Positions 1 to 7,686 are shown, counted from the stretch's first letter. The stretch is 32,000 bases of DNA from Dickeya dadantii NCPPB 898 (GCF_000406145.1 NZ_CM001976.1:1027263-1059262), one strand, 5' to 3'. Program-made: numbers and translations. The notes: generated by a model not told the origin, from the letters alone.

Positions 1-251
1 AAACCAGTGTGGAAGCGATCGATCGCTTGCTGGATCTGTTTGTCGATGAAGTGATCGAGCCGAATGGGCTGGCGTTCGAAGGCAGCGGTTATCTGCAGTG
101 GGAAGGGTTGGTGTGCATGCAGAAACTGGGTAATTGCACCGATGAACATCGCGAACTGGTACGCAAATGGCTGGACGCGAACCAGATGACGGACGTAACG
201 GTCAGCGATCTGTTTGACATCTGGTGGGATCTGCCCGCCAACCTCGGTTAA
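1..251 (+). CDS. yggL: YggL (DUF469) family protein, C-terminal part; the 5' end lies upstream of the window
   Basis: The frame is open from nt 3. The translation (..VEAIDRLLDLFVDEVIEPNGLAFEGSGYLQWEGLVCMQ..DLFDIWWD) closely parallels the C-terminal two thirds of E. coli YggL as I recall it. Stop TAA at 249-251. Confidence 0.85.
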   Translation, partial: TSVEAIDRLLDLFVDEVIEPNGLAFEGSGYLQWEGLVCMQKLGNCTDEHRELVRKWLDANQMTDVTVSDLFDIWWDLPANLG

Positions 252-264
252 ACCCGCGCGTTTT

Positions 265-299
265 TCGTCATCACTGGCGGTTGCCGCCGGTGATGACGA
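265..299. other. Strong stem-loop in the yggL-yggN spacer: 16-bp stem with one G-U pair and a 3-nt loop
   Basis: TCGTCATCACTGGCGG (265-280) pairs with CCGCCGGTGATGACGA (284-299). A T5 run precedes it on the + strand, so it is not a classical + strand terminator. Confidence 0.5.
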
Positions 300-361
300 C
301 TGTCGGTCTTGACGGCCGGTCGTTCCGGCTGGCGTCGGGCGCTGTTTCTTCAGGAGTCTTT

Positions 362-1078
362 ATGTTGCGTAAAATGACCTTGGGTGCATTGATGTTACTG
401 GCCTGGCAAGCGCAGGCGGCCTATCAGTGCAATGTTCAACCTCAGGACGACATCATCATCAGTCCGCAGAGTGTGAAAGTGGTCGGCGCCAGCGGCAATC
501 TGCAGATTTCGCCGCAGGGCGACATACTGAGCAACGGCAGCGCGCTGAACCTCGATGCCGGTCAGCGTCAGCAGGCCAAAGCCTACCAGGCTGAACTGCG
601 TCAGCAACTGCCGTGGATTGACGAAGGCGCAAAGCAGCATCTGGAGAAGGCTCGTCAGGCGCTGGACAAGGTGATTGTGCAACAGCTGGGCAGCGACAGT
701 AATGTGCGCAACCGTCTCGGCACGCTGGATGAACAGTTAAAGCAGCAGATGAACCGGATTATCGAACACCGTAGCGATGGCCTGACCTTCCATCATCAGG
801 CGATTAAGCAGGTTGAGCAGGACGGACGGCAGATTGTTGAACGCAGTCTGGGCGGCGTCTTGCAGGATAGCCTCAACGAAATGGGCGTCAAGCAGATGGG
901 CAGTGGCGGCGGTAATCCGCTGCAGGCGATGATGGGCAATCTGGGCGGCTTGCAGAAAGCGATCCAGACCGAGTGGAACAATCAGGAAATGGATTTTCAG
1001 CGTTTTGGCCACGATGTCTGCAATCGGGTGACGGCGCTGGAAAATCAACGCCAGATGTTAGTGCAGTCAATTAAATAG
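362..1078 (+). CDS. yggN: YggN / DUF2884 family periplasmic protein
   Basis: ATG at 362 lies 5 nt after AGGAG (352-356). The product starts with a signal-peptide-like MLRKMTLGALMLLAWQAQA. Its size (238 aa) and its position after yggL match E. coli yggN. The ORF-track start at 224 is an in-frame upstream extension that runs through the hairpin. Confidence 0.8.
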   Translation: MLRKMTLGALMLLAWQAQAAYQCNVQPQDDIIISPQSVKVVGASGNLQISPQGDILSNGSALNLDAGQRQQAKAYQAELRQQLPWIDEGAKQHLEKARQALDKVIVQQLGSDSNVRNRLGTLDEQLKQQMNRIIEHRSDGLTFHHQAIKQVEQDGRQIVERSLGGVLQDSLNEMGVKQMGSGGGNPLQAMMGNLGGLQKAIQTEWNNQEMDFQRFGHDVCNRVTALENQRQMLVQSIK

Positions 1079-1090
1079 CCTTTCTTTTTT

Positions 1091-1135
1091 CAAGGGTAAA
1101 TGCCGTTTTGTATTTGCCCTTGATTCCTTGATTAT
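1091..1135 (+). terminator. Probable yggN terminator
   Basis: CAAGGGTAAAT (1091-1101) pairs with ATTTGCCCTTG (1112-1122), including one G-U pair. A T-rich tract (ATTCCTTGATTATT) follows. Confidence 0.45.
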
Positions 1136-1692
1136 TCAGCTGTGCTTCCTTAATTCTTCCTAACCGTAGCGTCCTGCCTGTGTCACTGTATCCTGGCAAT
1201 ATAGACAGCAAATAGTTAAATACTGTCTCAGTCAACCGGCTGCGCTAATTACGCTTTTTGCGTTATCACGTTGAGAGATAAATGAAAATGACTGGTGCGG
1301 ATTATCGTATGTTTTACCTAAACAACAATGGCGCTTTAGTATTTCAGCCATCATTTTTCTTCCTTCTGGCATTTATCTGGAATGATTAATACGTAATTGT
1401 ATTCATGTGCGTTATGTATTAATAAGGTGCGTTTATTTATAAATAACGTTTCTTCTCTGGCATGAATGTTTCTTTGTTTTTCTGTTTGTTTCATTTGGAT
1501 TTTAATTTTATTTAATTCATCAAAATATAAATTAAATGGCTTGTTTTGTTCATTTTTGTCGTGTAAATATATCGTAAATAAACGCAGTTTTTCGTTATGT
1601 GTAAAGTCATGGCGAAAAATCACAGCGTAAGCGTAGAGTTCGGCATAGCGCTATGGTGCAGAGTCCGACATAGAACGATATAGAACAAACAA

Positions 1693-1736
1693 TGGTGTAA
1701 AAGATAAAAATGGTGTGAAAGATAAAAATAGTGTTT
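1693..1736. repeat. 18-bp tandem repeat, 2 full copies plus a partial third
   Basis: TGGTGTAAAAGATAAAAA (1693-1710) and TGGTGTGAAAGATAAAAA (1711-1728) differ at one position. They are followed by TAGTGTTT. Confidence 0.8.
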
Positions 1737-2119
1737 TTCTGAATCAATGGAATATGTTGGTCGAACAAGGGATGACGGTCGATGATTGCAGGTTATTGCC
1801 ATATGAATGGTATTTTCATCAATAAGCCGATGACGATTTTGCTTTTTCTTATTCAATCGGAATTATCAGGTTTATCTTTATTTAGTGGCGGTTTTCCATA
1901 TATATACTAAAAATATTCGGATTGCAGGGGCGTAATTGACAGTGACCTGAAAGGGCGAGGCCCTACCGTCAATACACCTGCGACACGAAGCGTGACGAAT
2001 ATATTGATAAGGTAGTACTTTTCGCACAGCAGATAAAAAACACCCTCAATGCTTGACTGCCGGATCACGCGATCCGTTTATTGAGATTTTATTATTCTTT
2101 TATCGCCAGGATGTGTCAT

Positions 2120-5100
2120 ATGCGCATAACGTTTAATACGTTAGGGTTTTCTTATGCCAGAAGAGCAGTAGTTTTTCACCGTATAAAAACGGATTTTCAT
2201 CACAGTGGGAACGCGAAAGATAAAAAACGTTTTAAAAAGCGGTTGGTCGCCGCGCTGCTGCTGGCTCAACTGGCGGGCGCCGTATTACATCCGGTGCTGG
2301 CCGCTACTGCTGAGGATTTTCGTACTCGCGAATATATGCGTAACGGTGCGGCGCTGGATTCAATTCACGCCGCCGACGCTTACGCGCTAGGATACAGCGG
2401 CGCCGGGGTAACGGTGGGGATTATTAACCGCGTCGGCGATCTGTCCGGCAATGATGAATTTAATGGCAAAGTGGATGCCGGTTCACACTGGGTCAGCGAC
2501 CCCAGCAGCGCCAGCCCGCACGGTTATTGGGTGGCCGGGGTGATTGGCGCAGAAAGGAATGGTGTCGGCATGCAGGGGGTGGCCTATAACTCGAACCTGT
2601 TAACGCTGGGGACGGATAATTCCATCAACGATCTTTTTCAAGGCATGGTCGATATGACCAACCGCCCGGACGTGAAAATCATCAGCAACAGCTGGAACTT
2701 TCTGTTTTATCCCGACCAGCTTTCCTCTTATTCCGCCGCTATGCAGGATCTACTGTTAAATACGGTGGTGTCCGCGTATACCAGCGCGGCGGATGTGCTG
2801 GCCAGTCAGGGGCAGTTGATGGTGATGTCGGCCGGGAATGAAGGGCACCTGACGCCGGCGCTGTTTGCCGCGTTGCCGACGGTGCTGGACAATAACGGTC
2901 TTCAGGACAGCATCGCCAACACCTGGATTAACGTCGTGGCGTACGATCCGTCTCAGCCCACCAGCAGCGCGGCATTCATCGCCACTTTCAGCAACCTGGC
3001 GCAGGGTGCGACCGACTACAGCCTGCTGGCGCCGGGCGTGAACGTCATAACCACCTCCACCAACAACACCTTCGTTCGGATCAACGGCACCTCGTTTTCC
3101 TCACCCTATGTCGCCGGCGTCGGCGCGCTGGTGAGTCAGGCGTATCCCTACATGAGCGGCAAGCAGATTGCCGATGTGTTGCTGTCCACCGCGACGCCGC
3201 TGAGCGGCAGTAATTTGCCGAAAGCGGTGGTGCTGGCCAACGAGCAGTATGATGAAAACCAATCGCTGACCGGCACCGCCGTCAAGGTTTACTCCACCCA
3301 TACCGGCATTACGTTTACCGACGACGAACTAACCACGCTGATAAGCTCGCTGAAAATTAAAAGCCCGTACGACGGCATGACGGACGATCAGATACGGGCG
3401 GCGATTCTGAGCGCCGCCACCGATCAAAATATTACCGTTATGTCGCAGAACGACTATCAGGCGCTGTTCGGTCAGGGGGTGGTCAATGCGTTCAAAGCGG
3501 TACAAGGCCCCGGTGTGCTGAACGCCAAACGGTTGGTGGACAGCGATCTCAGCAGCGGTACCTTTGGCGGAAACTTTGCGCTCTATTCGATTGATACCAA
3601 AGGTATCGACAGCACCTGGAGCAACGATATCGGCCAGGTGAAAAACACCGCCAGCGGTAGCGCGCTGTCCGGGCTGGACGTCGGCCTGCGCAAGCAGGGG
3701 GCCGGTACGTTGTACCTGACCGGCAATGATACATTCGCCGGCCCGACCGTAGTGGAGGGCGGCAAGCTGATCGTGGGCAAGGTCGCCGGCGGCACCGGCA
3801 GTCTGGCGGGTGATGCCTGGGTGCAGTCCGGCGCGGTGCTGGGCGGGCACGGCGTCATCAACGGTTCGGTGGTGGTGCAGAATGGCGGCACGCTGTCGCC
3901 CGGTAATTCGGTCGGGACGTTGACGGTCGGCAATGTACGCTTTGACTCCGGCTCGATTTATGAATTTGAGATTGATCCGCAGGGCAACGCCGACCAATTG
4001 GTGGTGGCCAATAATGCCCAACTGGCGGGAACCGTGAAGCTGGTCGGGCAAACCACCGGACATCTGGGCGATCGGTTTGCTTTGGTGCAGGTAGGCGGAA
4101 CGTTGACCGGCGCGTTCGACAAGCTGGAATCGGTCAATAACTCGCTGTTTTTGGCCGACGCGCTTAGCTACAACCCGCAAAGCGCATTCGTCAGCGTGGT
4201 GCGCAACAACGTCCGTTTCAGCGACGTGGCGCAAACCGCAAACCAGAGCGCGGTGGCGAATGCCATCGACAACCAGTCGGGCACCGCGGTACTGAGCGCC
4301 ATTGCCGATCTGCAGGATGCCGACAGCGCCCGGCGCGCCTTTGATAATCTCAACGGCGAGTTTTACGCCACGGCGCGTAATGCGTTGATTCAAAACAGCC
4401 GGTCGATACGCGATACCCTGAACAGCACCATGAGCGGCGCGGGCAAAGGCGCCGAGCCCTGGGTGAGCAGTTGGGGATATGACGGCCGTCAGGATGGCGA
4501 CGGCGCGCAGGCGGGTATGAAATACAATGGTTATGGTCTGCTGCTTGGCAATGGCGGGCATGTGGGGGAACAGGGGGCATTGGGGTTTGCCGTTGGGGCG
4601 GAAAAAGGGCGGATCACGATGGACGATCGCGCGTCACGCGGCGATCTGAGCGCCTACCATGCCGGCGTTTACCTGTCTGGCCGGGCGCTGGCGCTCGACC
4701 TGCGGTCCGGACTTAGTTACAGCTATATCACCCTCGACAACCAGCGCGACATCAACGTTTCCGGGCTAAATGGCCAGGCAACGGGCGATTATCGCGCCAA
4801 TCTGGCGCAGGGCTTCGTCGAAGCCAGCCATCGCTTTGATTTCTTTAATACCCTGAGCGTGGAGCCGTATGGCAACACCGCCTGGGTTTGGCTACAGAAT
4901 CAGAGTGGACAGGAGAGCGGGAACAGCGCGGCGCTGGCGTATGATAAGGACACCACCCACACCGCCTTTGCCACCGGCGGCCTGCGCCTGAAAGTACGGC
5001 CATTGTCACGCCTGCCGGTATCGTTGTACGGGGATATCGGCTATCAGCGTCGTTTAATCCGCGACGACAATCAGGTTCGGCTGCGCTTTGTTTCCGGCGG

Positions 5101-5272
5101 CGATGCCTTTACTACCGAAGGCCTGCCGCTGGCGGATAATACCCGATTGATGCGGGCGGGCGTCGCGGTGGACTTCTCCCGTAATGTCCACCTGTCGCTG
5201 GGGTATCAGGGCGATCGCGCAACCCGGGTGAAAGACGACAGCGCGCAGGCACTGTTCAGTATGGCGTTCTGA
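2120..5272 (+). CDS. Subtilase (peptidase S8) family autotransporter with a C-terminal outer-membrane beta-barrel domain
   Basis: S8 motifs are present: HGYWVAGVIGA (His), SAGNEGH (oxyanion Asn) and NGTSFSSPYVAG (Ser). Glycine-rich passenger repeats occur (GAGTLYLTGNDTFAGPTVVEGGKLIVG, GGTLSPGNSVGTLTVGN). The last ~280 aa have alternating beta-strand character and end in ..FSMAF, a typical OMP terminal Phe. The start is uncertain: ATG 2120 (AGGA 9 nt upstream), ATG 2111 or TTG 2081. Any of these gives a leader of about 59-72 aa ending ..KKRFKKRLVAALLLAQLAGAVLHPVLA. Confidence 0.9.
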   Translation: MRITFNTLGFSYARRAVVFHRIKTDFHHSGNAKDKKRFKKRLVAALLLAQLAGAVLHPVLAATAEDFRTREYMRNGAALDSIHAADAYALGYSGAGVTVGIINRVGDLSGNDEFNGKVDAGSHWVSDPSSASPHGYWVAGVIGAERNGVGMQGVAYNSNLLTLGTDNSINDLFQGMVDMTNRPDVKIISNSWNFLFYPDQLSSYSAAMQDLLLNTVVSAYTSAADVLASQGQLMVMSAGNEGHLTPALFAALPTVLDNNGLQDSIANTWINVVAYDPSQPTSSAAFIATFSNLAQGATDYSLLAPGVNVITTSTNNTFVRINGTSFSSPYVAGVGALVSQAYPYMSGKQIADVLLSTATPLSGSNLPKAVVLANEQYDENQSLTGTAVKVYSTHTGITFTDDELTTLISSLKIKSPYDGMTDDQIRAAILSAATDQNITVMSQNDYQALFGQGVVNAFKAVQGPGVLNAKRLVDSDLSSGTFGGNFALYSIDTKGIDSTWSNDIGQVKNTASGSALSGLDVGLRKQGAGTLYLTGNDTFAGPTVVEGGKLIVGKVAGGTGSLAGDAWVQSGAVLGGHGVINGSVVVQNGGTLSPGNSVGTLTVGNVRFDSGSIYEFEIDPQGNADQLVVANNAQLAGTVKLVGQTTGHLGDRFALVQVGGTLTGAFDKLESVNNSLFLADALSYNPQSAFVSVVRNNVRFSDVAQTANQSAVANAIDNQSGTAVLSAIADLQDADSARRAFDNLNGEFYATARNALIQNSRSIRDTLNSTMSGAGKGAEPWVSSWGYDGRQDGDGAQAGMKYNGYGLLLGNGGHVGEQGALGFAVGAEKGRITMDDRASRGDLSAYHAGVYLSGRALALDLRSGLSYSYITLDNQRDINVSGLNGQATGDYRANLAQGFVEASHRFDFFNTLSVEPYGNTAWVWLQNQSGQESGNSAALAYDKDTTHTAFATGGLRLKVRPLSRLPVSLYGDIGYQRRLIRDDNQVRLRFVSGGDAFTTEGLPLADNTRLMRAGVAVDFSRNVHLSLGYQGDRATRVKDDSAQALFSMAF

Positions 5273-5305
5273 CAGTATGGCATTCTGACGGCATGACGTT
5301 CTGAG
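5258..5305. repeat. 16-bp tandem repeat, 3 copies, spanning the autotransporter stop codon
   Basis: AGTATGGCGTTCTGAC (5258-5273), AGTATGGCATTCTGAC (5274-5289) and GGCATGACGTTCTGAG (5290-5305). The stop TGA at 5270-5272 lies in copy 1. Confidence 0.8.
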
Positions 5306-5309
5306 CAGG

Positions 5310-5335
5310 CGCGCCTTCCCGGCGGGGAAGGCGCG
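5310..5335. terminator. GC-rich hairpin between the convergent autotransporter gene and tas
   Basis: CGCGCCTTCCC (5310-5320) pairs with GGGAAGGCGCG (5325-5335) around a GGCG loop. Neither side has a strong U-tract. Confidence 0.5.
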
Positions 5336-5343
5336 TTGCGAGG

Positions 5344-6384
5344 TCAGGGCGCAGGAATGGTAAAACGACGGTGGATGGCTTCCAGTTCTGTCAGCACGTC
5401 TTCGCCGAGCGTCAGGTCAAGGCTGCCCAGATTCGTCTTTAATTGTTCCAGCGTGGTGGCGCCGAGCAGGGTGCTGGCGACAAACGGCTGCTGACGCACA
5501 AACGCCAGCGCCATCTGCGCCGGATCCAGTCCGTGTTTTTGCGCCAGCGCCACGTATTCAGCGATGGCCTGCTGGGTATGAGGCGCCGAGTAGCGCACAA
5601 AGCGGCTAAACAGCGTATTGCGTGCGCCGGCCGGTTTGGCGCCGTTTAGGTATTTGCCCGTCAATGTGCCAAACGCCAGCGGCGAGTAGGCCAGCAGCTC
5701 AACCCCTTCATGCTGGCTGATTTCCGCCAGACCGACCTCGAAGCTGCGATTCAGCAGGCTATAGGGATTCTGGATCGAGACGATGCGCGGCAGGTCGTGT
5801 TTTTCCGCCAGTTGCAGATAGCGCATCACCCCCCACGGGGTTTCGTTCGACACACCGATATAGCGGATCTTGCCAGCTCGCACCTGTTCGTTCAGCGCTT
5901 CCAGCGTTTCCAGCAGCGTGACGGCCGGTTTTTCGCTGGTGTACTGATAGCTCAGTTTGCCGAAGCTGTTGGTCTGGCGCTGCGGCCAGTGCAACTGATA
6001 CAGATCGATGTAGTCGGTGTTCAGGCGCTTGAGGCTGTCGTCCAGCGCGGCGCGGATATTCTTGCGATCCAGCGCCTGCTGCGGGCGCAGGCTGTTATCG
6101 TTGCCGCGCACCGGCCCGGCGACTTTGCTGGCGATGATCAGTTTTTCGCGCCCGCCGCGGCTTTTCAGCCAGGAACCGATATAGCTTTCCGTCAGCCCCT
6201 GCGTTTCCGAACGTGGCGGAACCGGATAGATTTCCGCGGTATCAATCAGATTAACGCCGGCGGCAACCGCAAGATCCAACTGGGCGTGGGCATCCGCTTC
6301 GCTGTTCTGTTCGCCAAAGGTCATGGTGCCCAGACCCAGCGTACTGACTTCCAAACTGCTGTGGGGAATACGGTGATAGAGCAT
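5344..6384 (-). CDS. tas: NADP(H)-dependent aldo-keto reductase Tas
   Basis: The 346-aa product is near-collinear with E. coli Tas (MLYHRIPHSSLEVSTLGLGTMTFGEQNSEADAHAQLD.., ..FVASTLLGATT..). Confidence 0.95.
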   Translation of the reverse strand: MLYHRIPHSSLEVSTLGLGTMTFGEQNSEADAHAQLDLAVAAGVNLIDTAEIYPVPPRSETQGLTESYIGSWLKSRGGREKLIIASKVAGPVRGNDNSLRPQQALDRKNIRAALDDSLKRLNTDYIDLYQLHWPQRQTNSFGKLSYQYTSEKPAVTLLETLEALNEQVRAGKIRYIGVSNETPWGVMRYLQLAEKHDLPRIVSIQNPYSLLNRSFEVGLAEISQHEGVELLAYSPLAFGTLTGKYLNGAKPAGARNTLFSRFVRYSAPHTQQAIAEYVALAQKHGLDPAQMALAFVRQQPFVASTLLGATTLEQLKTNLGSLDLTLGEDVLTELEAIHRRFTIPAP

Positions 6385-6597
6385 TGCAGTGTCCTTTTTA
6401 TTCTTCTGAGTAACGCGGGTGCGACGGCACCGTATTTTCGACTATAACCAAGCCGTGACGAGGGGGGAAGACTCTTTGTGCGGGAAAGCCGGGCATTAAT
6501 GCGGGAAAAACGATTTTCCCCCTGGCTGGGGAAGCGATGGGGATGGCGGGGCCGAACAACATCCCCGAATCTGGCCCGGCTGACGCGAATAGCCGCT

Positions 6598-6816
6598 TTA
6601 GCGTTCAATCACCTGGGAAATGTTGTCGTTGTTGATCTGGTGTTTTACGCCTTCTTCATCAGTATAACTGAGCAGGCCGGTAGCCGGATCCAGCGTCGGT
6701 TTTCCCTTGGTCAGTAGCATCTGGCCGTCTTTGGTGGCGATAACATAGTGGTTGGAGCAGCCGGAGAGCAGGACGACAAAAGTCAGGGCAATGGCGGTTT
6801 TTATCCGAAATCGCAT
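6598..6816 (-). CDS. ygdR: YgdI/YgdR family (DUF903) small lipoprotein
   Basis: The 72-aa product has the lipobox LLSGC followed by the DUF903-like core (..TKDGQ..KGKP..D..TGLLSYTDEEG..). It lies between tas and ygdQ as in E. coli. It is a paralogue of the ORF at 28401-28622. Confidence 0.85.
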   Translation of the reverse strand: MRFRIKTAIALTFVVLLSGCSNHYVIATKDGQMLLTKGKPTLDPATGLLSYTDEEGVKHQINNDNISQVIER

Positions 6817-6933
6817 GCTGAATTTACCTGTTATTTAGCAAAAAAACTGAACGTCTTTTGAGTCTAGCAAAGCATCGTCCGAGCGAGGTTAGGATTTATG
6901 GTAAAAAAATTAAAAAGATACGTAAGGATGGGG

Positions 6934-6961
6934 CGGGAAACGGCACGCTGGCCGTTTCCCG
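6934..6961 (-). terminator. Hairpin immediately downstream of ygdQ
   Basis: CGGGAAACGGC (6934-6944) pairs with GCCGTTTCCCG (6951-6961) around a 6-nt loop. No adjacent U-tract. Confidence 0.4.
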
Positions 6962-6969
6962 TGGGGGAA

Positions 6970-7686
6970 TTAGTGTTTTTTGACCGATTTCTTGCCGCGG
7001 ATCAGGTTCAGCGCCTCCACTGACATGGAGAAGAACATGGCGAAGTAGATGTAGCCTTTCGGTACGTGGATATCGACGCTTTCCAGAATCAGCGTAAAGC
7101 CGACCAGAATCAGGAACGACAACGCCAGCATTTTCACCGACGGGTGACGATCGACAAATTCGCCGATGGGGCGGGCGGAAAACATCATGACGCCGACGGC
7201 AATCACTACTGCCGCCATCATAATAAACAGATGGTCGGACAGGCCCACGGCGGTAATCACCGAATCCAGGCTGAAGATGATGTCCAGCAGCATAATCTGT
7301 ACGATGGCGCCAAAGAAGGAATGCACCTGCGAGGTGTGGTCTTCCGCACCGCCTTCGATGGTTTCGTGGATTTCCTTGCTGGATTTCCAGATCAGGAACA
7401 GGCCGCCGAGGAACAGAATCAGGTCGCGGGCGGAAACTTCCTGCCCGAAAACGCTAAACAGCGGATTGGTGAGTCTGATAACCCAGGCGATGGACGCCAG
7501 CAGGCCGAGGCGCATCAGCATGGCGCCCATCAGGCCGATACGGCGGGCTTTGTTCTGCTGATGTTTGGGGAGCTTGGCGACAACCAGCGACAAAAAGATG
7601 ATGTTGTCTATGCCCAGCACGATTTCCAATATGGTGAGTGTCCCCAGCGCCAGCCATGCGTTAGGGTCTGCGATCCAATCGAACAT
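6970..7686 (-). CDS. ygdQ: TerC family integral membrane protein YgdQ
   Basis: The 238-aa product is multi-pass hydrophobic and carries the TerC-type LEIVLGIDNIIFLSLV and DIIFSLDSVITAVG motifs. It lies next to mutH as in E. coli. Confidence 0.9.
   Translation of the reverse strand: MFDWIADPNAWLALGTLTILEIVLGIDNIIFLSLVVAKLPKHQQNKARRIGLMGAMLMRLGLLASIAWVIRLTNPLFSVFGQEVSARDLILFLGGLFLIWKSSKEIHETIEGGAEDHTSQVHSFFGAIVQIMLLDIIFSLDSVITAVGLSDHLFIMMAAVVIAVGVMMFSARPIGEFVDRHPSVKMLALSFLILVGFTLILESVDIHVPKGYIYFAMFFSMSVEALNLIRGKKSVKKH

Larger units (their letters stand above)
1080..2119. other. AT-rich, apparently non-coding stretch of about 1 kb upstream of the autotransporter gene
   Basis: Base composition drops sharply by eye compared with both flanks. 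Only two short minus-strand ORFs occur here, both needing GTG/TTG starts and giving low-complexity translations. No + strand ORF of 60 aa or more is listed. Confidence 0.6.

Noticed and set aside
224-361. N-terminal extension of the yggN ORF: 284 aa in the ORF track, overlapping the yggL 3' end
   Set aside because: The extension runs through the 265-299 hairpin and lacks a ribosome-binding site. It would also bury the signal peptide that begins at the ATG at 362, which does have AGGAG upstream.
1351-1856. Two abutting minus-strand ORFs (90 aa and 78 aa, GTGA overlap) in the AT-rich region, which might look like a toxin-antitoxin-sized pair
   Set aside because: Both need non-ATG starts (GTG at 1623, TTG at 1856). 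Neither has a Shine-Dalgarno sequence. The translations are Asn/Lys/His/Phe-rich as expected from AT-rich non-coding DNA. One owes part of its length to the 18-bp tandem repeat. No family resemblance was recognised. A decayed gene remnant cannot be excluded.
2215-2250. A-runs in the autotransporter 5' coding region (GATAAAAAACG, TTTAAAAAGCGG) as possible slipped-strand phase-variation tracts
   Set aside because: The runs are only 5-6 nt long and encode the Lys-rich n-region of the signal peptide. That is too short to argue for phase variation without population data.
3329-4561. A 410-aa minus-strand ORF, with several 60-116-aa ORFs, inside the autotransporter gene
   Set aside because: It is antisense to a passenger domain with clear autotransporter repeats. 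The composition is dominated by Arg, Ala, Gly and His with no motifs, so I judge it a frame artefact.
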